From Mustelus asterias (taxonomy: Eukaryota), in assembly GCF_964213995.1 (NCBI RefSeq), contig NC_135823.1, positions 35,154,001-35,218,000 of the forward strand: a stretch of 64,000 nt of DNA. Reading direction: 5' to 3'. Below, piece by piece: positions 62,731 to 64,000 of the stretch. How positions within the stretch are numbered: position 1 is the stretch's first letter; the number at the start of each line of letters is the position of its first letter. Under the pieces are notes generated by a model. The model worked only from the letters and a program-made list of their open reading frames with translations, was not told the origin of the DNA and did not search any database. The position numbers and the translations under genes were made by a program.

Positions 62731-62959
62731 CTGTGGCGATTTGTATGATTGTCCCTTTAAGGGCAACATGGCAGAGTAAGGATCACCTGACTTTGAGGAC
62801 CAATTGGAATGCAGAGTGGGTAATCACCCCAGGGGATGGAATCCTCTCTTAGAAGACATTTGGTGGACATGGGCAGCTGTGTGGCTGATGCTGTTCATTT
62901 TTTTCCTTTTAAAATAACTTCTGTGTTTCTAATGAAGTCTGTGAAAGTGCATCATTGCA
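62731..62959 (+). mobile_element. Possible solo LTR
   Basis: TGTGGCG...CATTGCA interrupting an L2-type SINE tail (aaaggtgc|...|ggtgttatataaatgcaagttgttgttg). Confidence 0.4.
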
Positions 62960-64000
62960 GGTGTTATATAAATGCAAGTTGTTGTTGATGGTATCATATT
63001 TTACTAATGCGCCTGCTGTAATTGGCCTCAGTGTGTTGGGCCAGAAAGCGGAATGTCAATTAGATTCCAACTCCTTGCTGTAAAGTGTTCCCCTGAAGTC
63101 ATGCTTGGCTTGGTTATGATGCCTCGATGGTGGTGTAGTTGCCAAAAGTTCACTGAACAGATCCATATATTAAAATAGGCACTGGTAGTCAGCCAGCACT
63201 TGGGGAATTAGGCTACACGATGCTGTCGGCACCTTTTTAGACTAGACTGGAGCACAAATGAGAGGAAATTGAATGAACGTAACAGAAAGAGCATTGACTC
63301 AATAACCTCCAGAGTAATTAGAATGAAGCGTGGCGGCAGCAAGAGGAACACAGGTCACGGGGGACGAAGAAGAGAATAATACCAAGCACAGAGAGTGAAA
63401 AAGAGGAAGTAAATGAGGAACATGATGGGGGGAGCGTTCCCAAACAGTTGGAGGCGAGATTGAAGGCAGCCGGGGTAGGAAAATTGCAAAAAAAATGCGT
63501 TGGGTCGAGATTCTGACATGATCACGTTCCCACTAGATTTCCCAGGGCTGTTCCGTGAATGCAGCAGAGAATTCCGCATAGCTCCAGTGAGAAGCTAATC
63601 GAGGCATTTAAAAAGACATTGAAAGCCGTTTTAAAGAAGCAATGGGTACTTCCCCAACATCGCACGGGTCACATGCTGTGCCTGCAAATCGGCAGTAGAA
63701 GCCGAGTGCAGCGGGAAGTCATTGAAGAGCATGATAATAACACAACGAAGGGTGAAACCGACTGAAGTCAGTGCTGACGAGCAGTTCTTCAGACTAAACT
63801 GAGTGATTTTATGTTGGGACAGTAACTTGATACCAAATTATTTAAGTCCATTGGACAAGCTTCCTCATCTTTTCAAAATGTATTAGTTTCTCAGAGTTAC
63901 AAAGCCAATGTGGTGTGGACAGGGCAAGCCCTTAATCCATCTCCTTGCTTGCTCCAAAAAAAATTTAAATTCAAATTGAGTCCAATTCATGGTCCCCACA

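Noticed and set aside
63355-63765. Exons of PGP, the expected syntenic neighbour
   Set aside because: No HAD-phosphatase-like peptide was recognised in the ORFs here.

Overview
Vertebrate nuclear DNA, almost certainly a shark: HE1/V-SINEs, CR1/HER1-type LINEs, a Deu-domain SINE and Penelope-derived repeats dominate. Two complete spliced genes can be reconstructed by hand. MLST8 (mTORC1/2 subunit LST8) is on the + strand with 8 coding exons over 18333-41621 (326 aa); its first coding intron is a U12-type minor intron. BRICD5 (BRICHOS domain protein 5) is on the - strand with 6 coding exons over 59995-46130 (227 aa), tail-to-tail with MLST8 as on human 16p13.3. A CpG-rich region at ~6.9-7.6 kb carries a probable first exon of an unidentified minus-strand gene. 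The rest is nested retroelement debris and a 1.7 kb minisatellite with a 32-bp unit; most ORF-track entries are spurious or broken reverse-transcriptase fragments. The most unusual item is a 306-nt, highly structured, TSD-flanked retroposon at 62341-62646 whose head is U2 snRNA nt 1-39 and which contains a second U2 stem-loop copy (candidate U2-headed SINE, possibly Tx1/Keno-mobilised). Other notable items are hammerhead-ribozyme cores in Penelope-derived repeats, a composite templated insertion, and a perfect 41-bp palindrome. Exon coordinates were counted by hand; repeat boundaries are approximate and family names come from recalled consensus sequences, not a database search.
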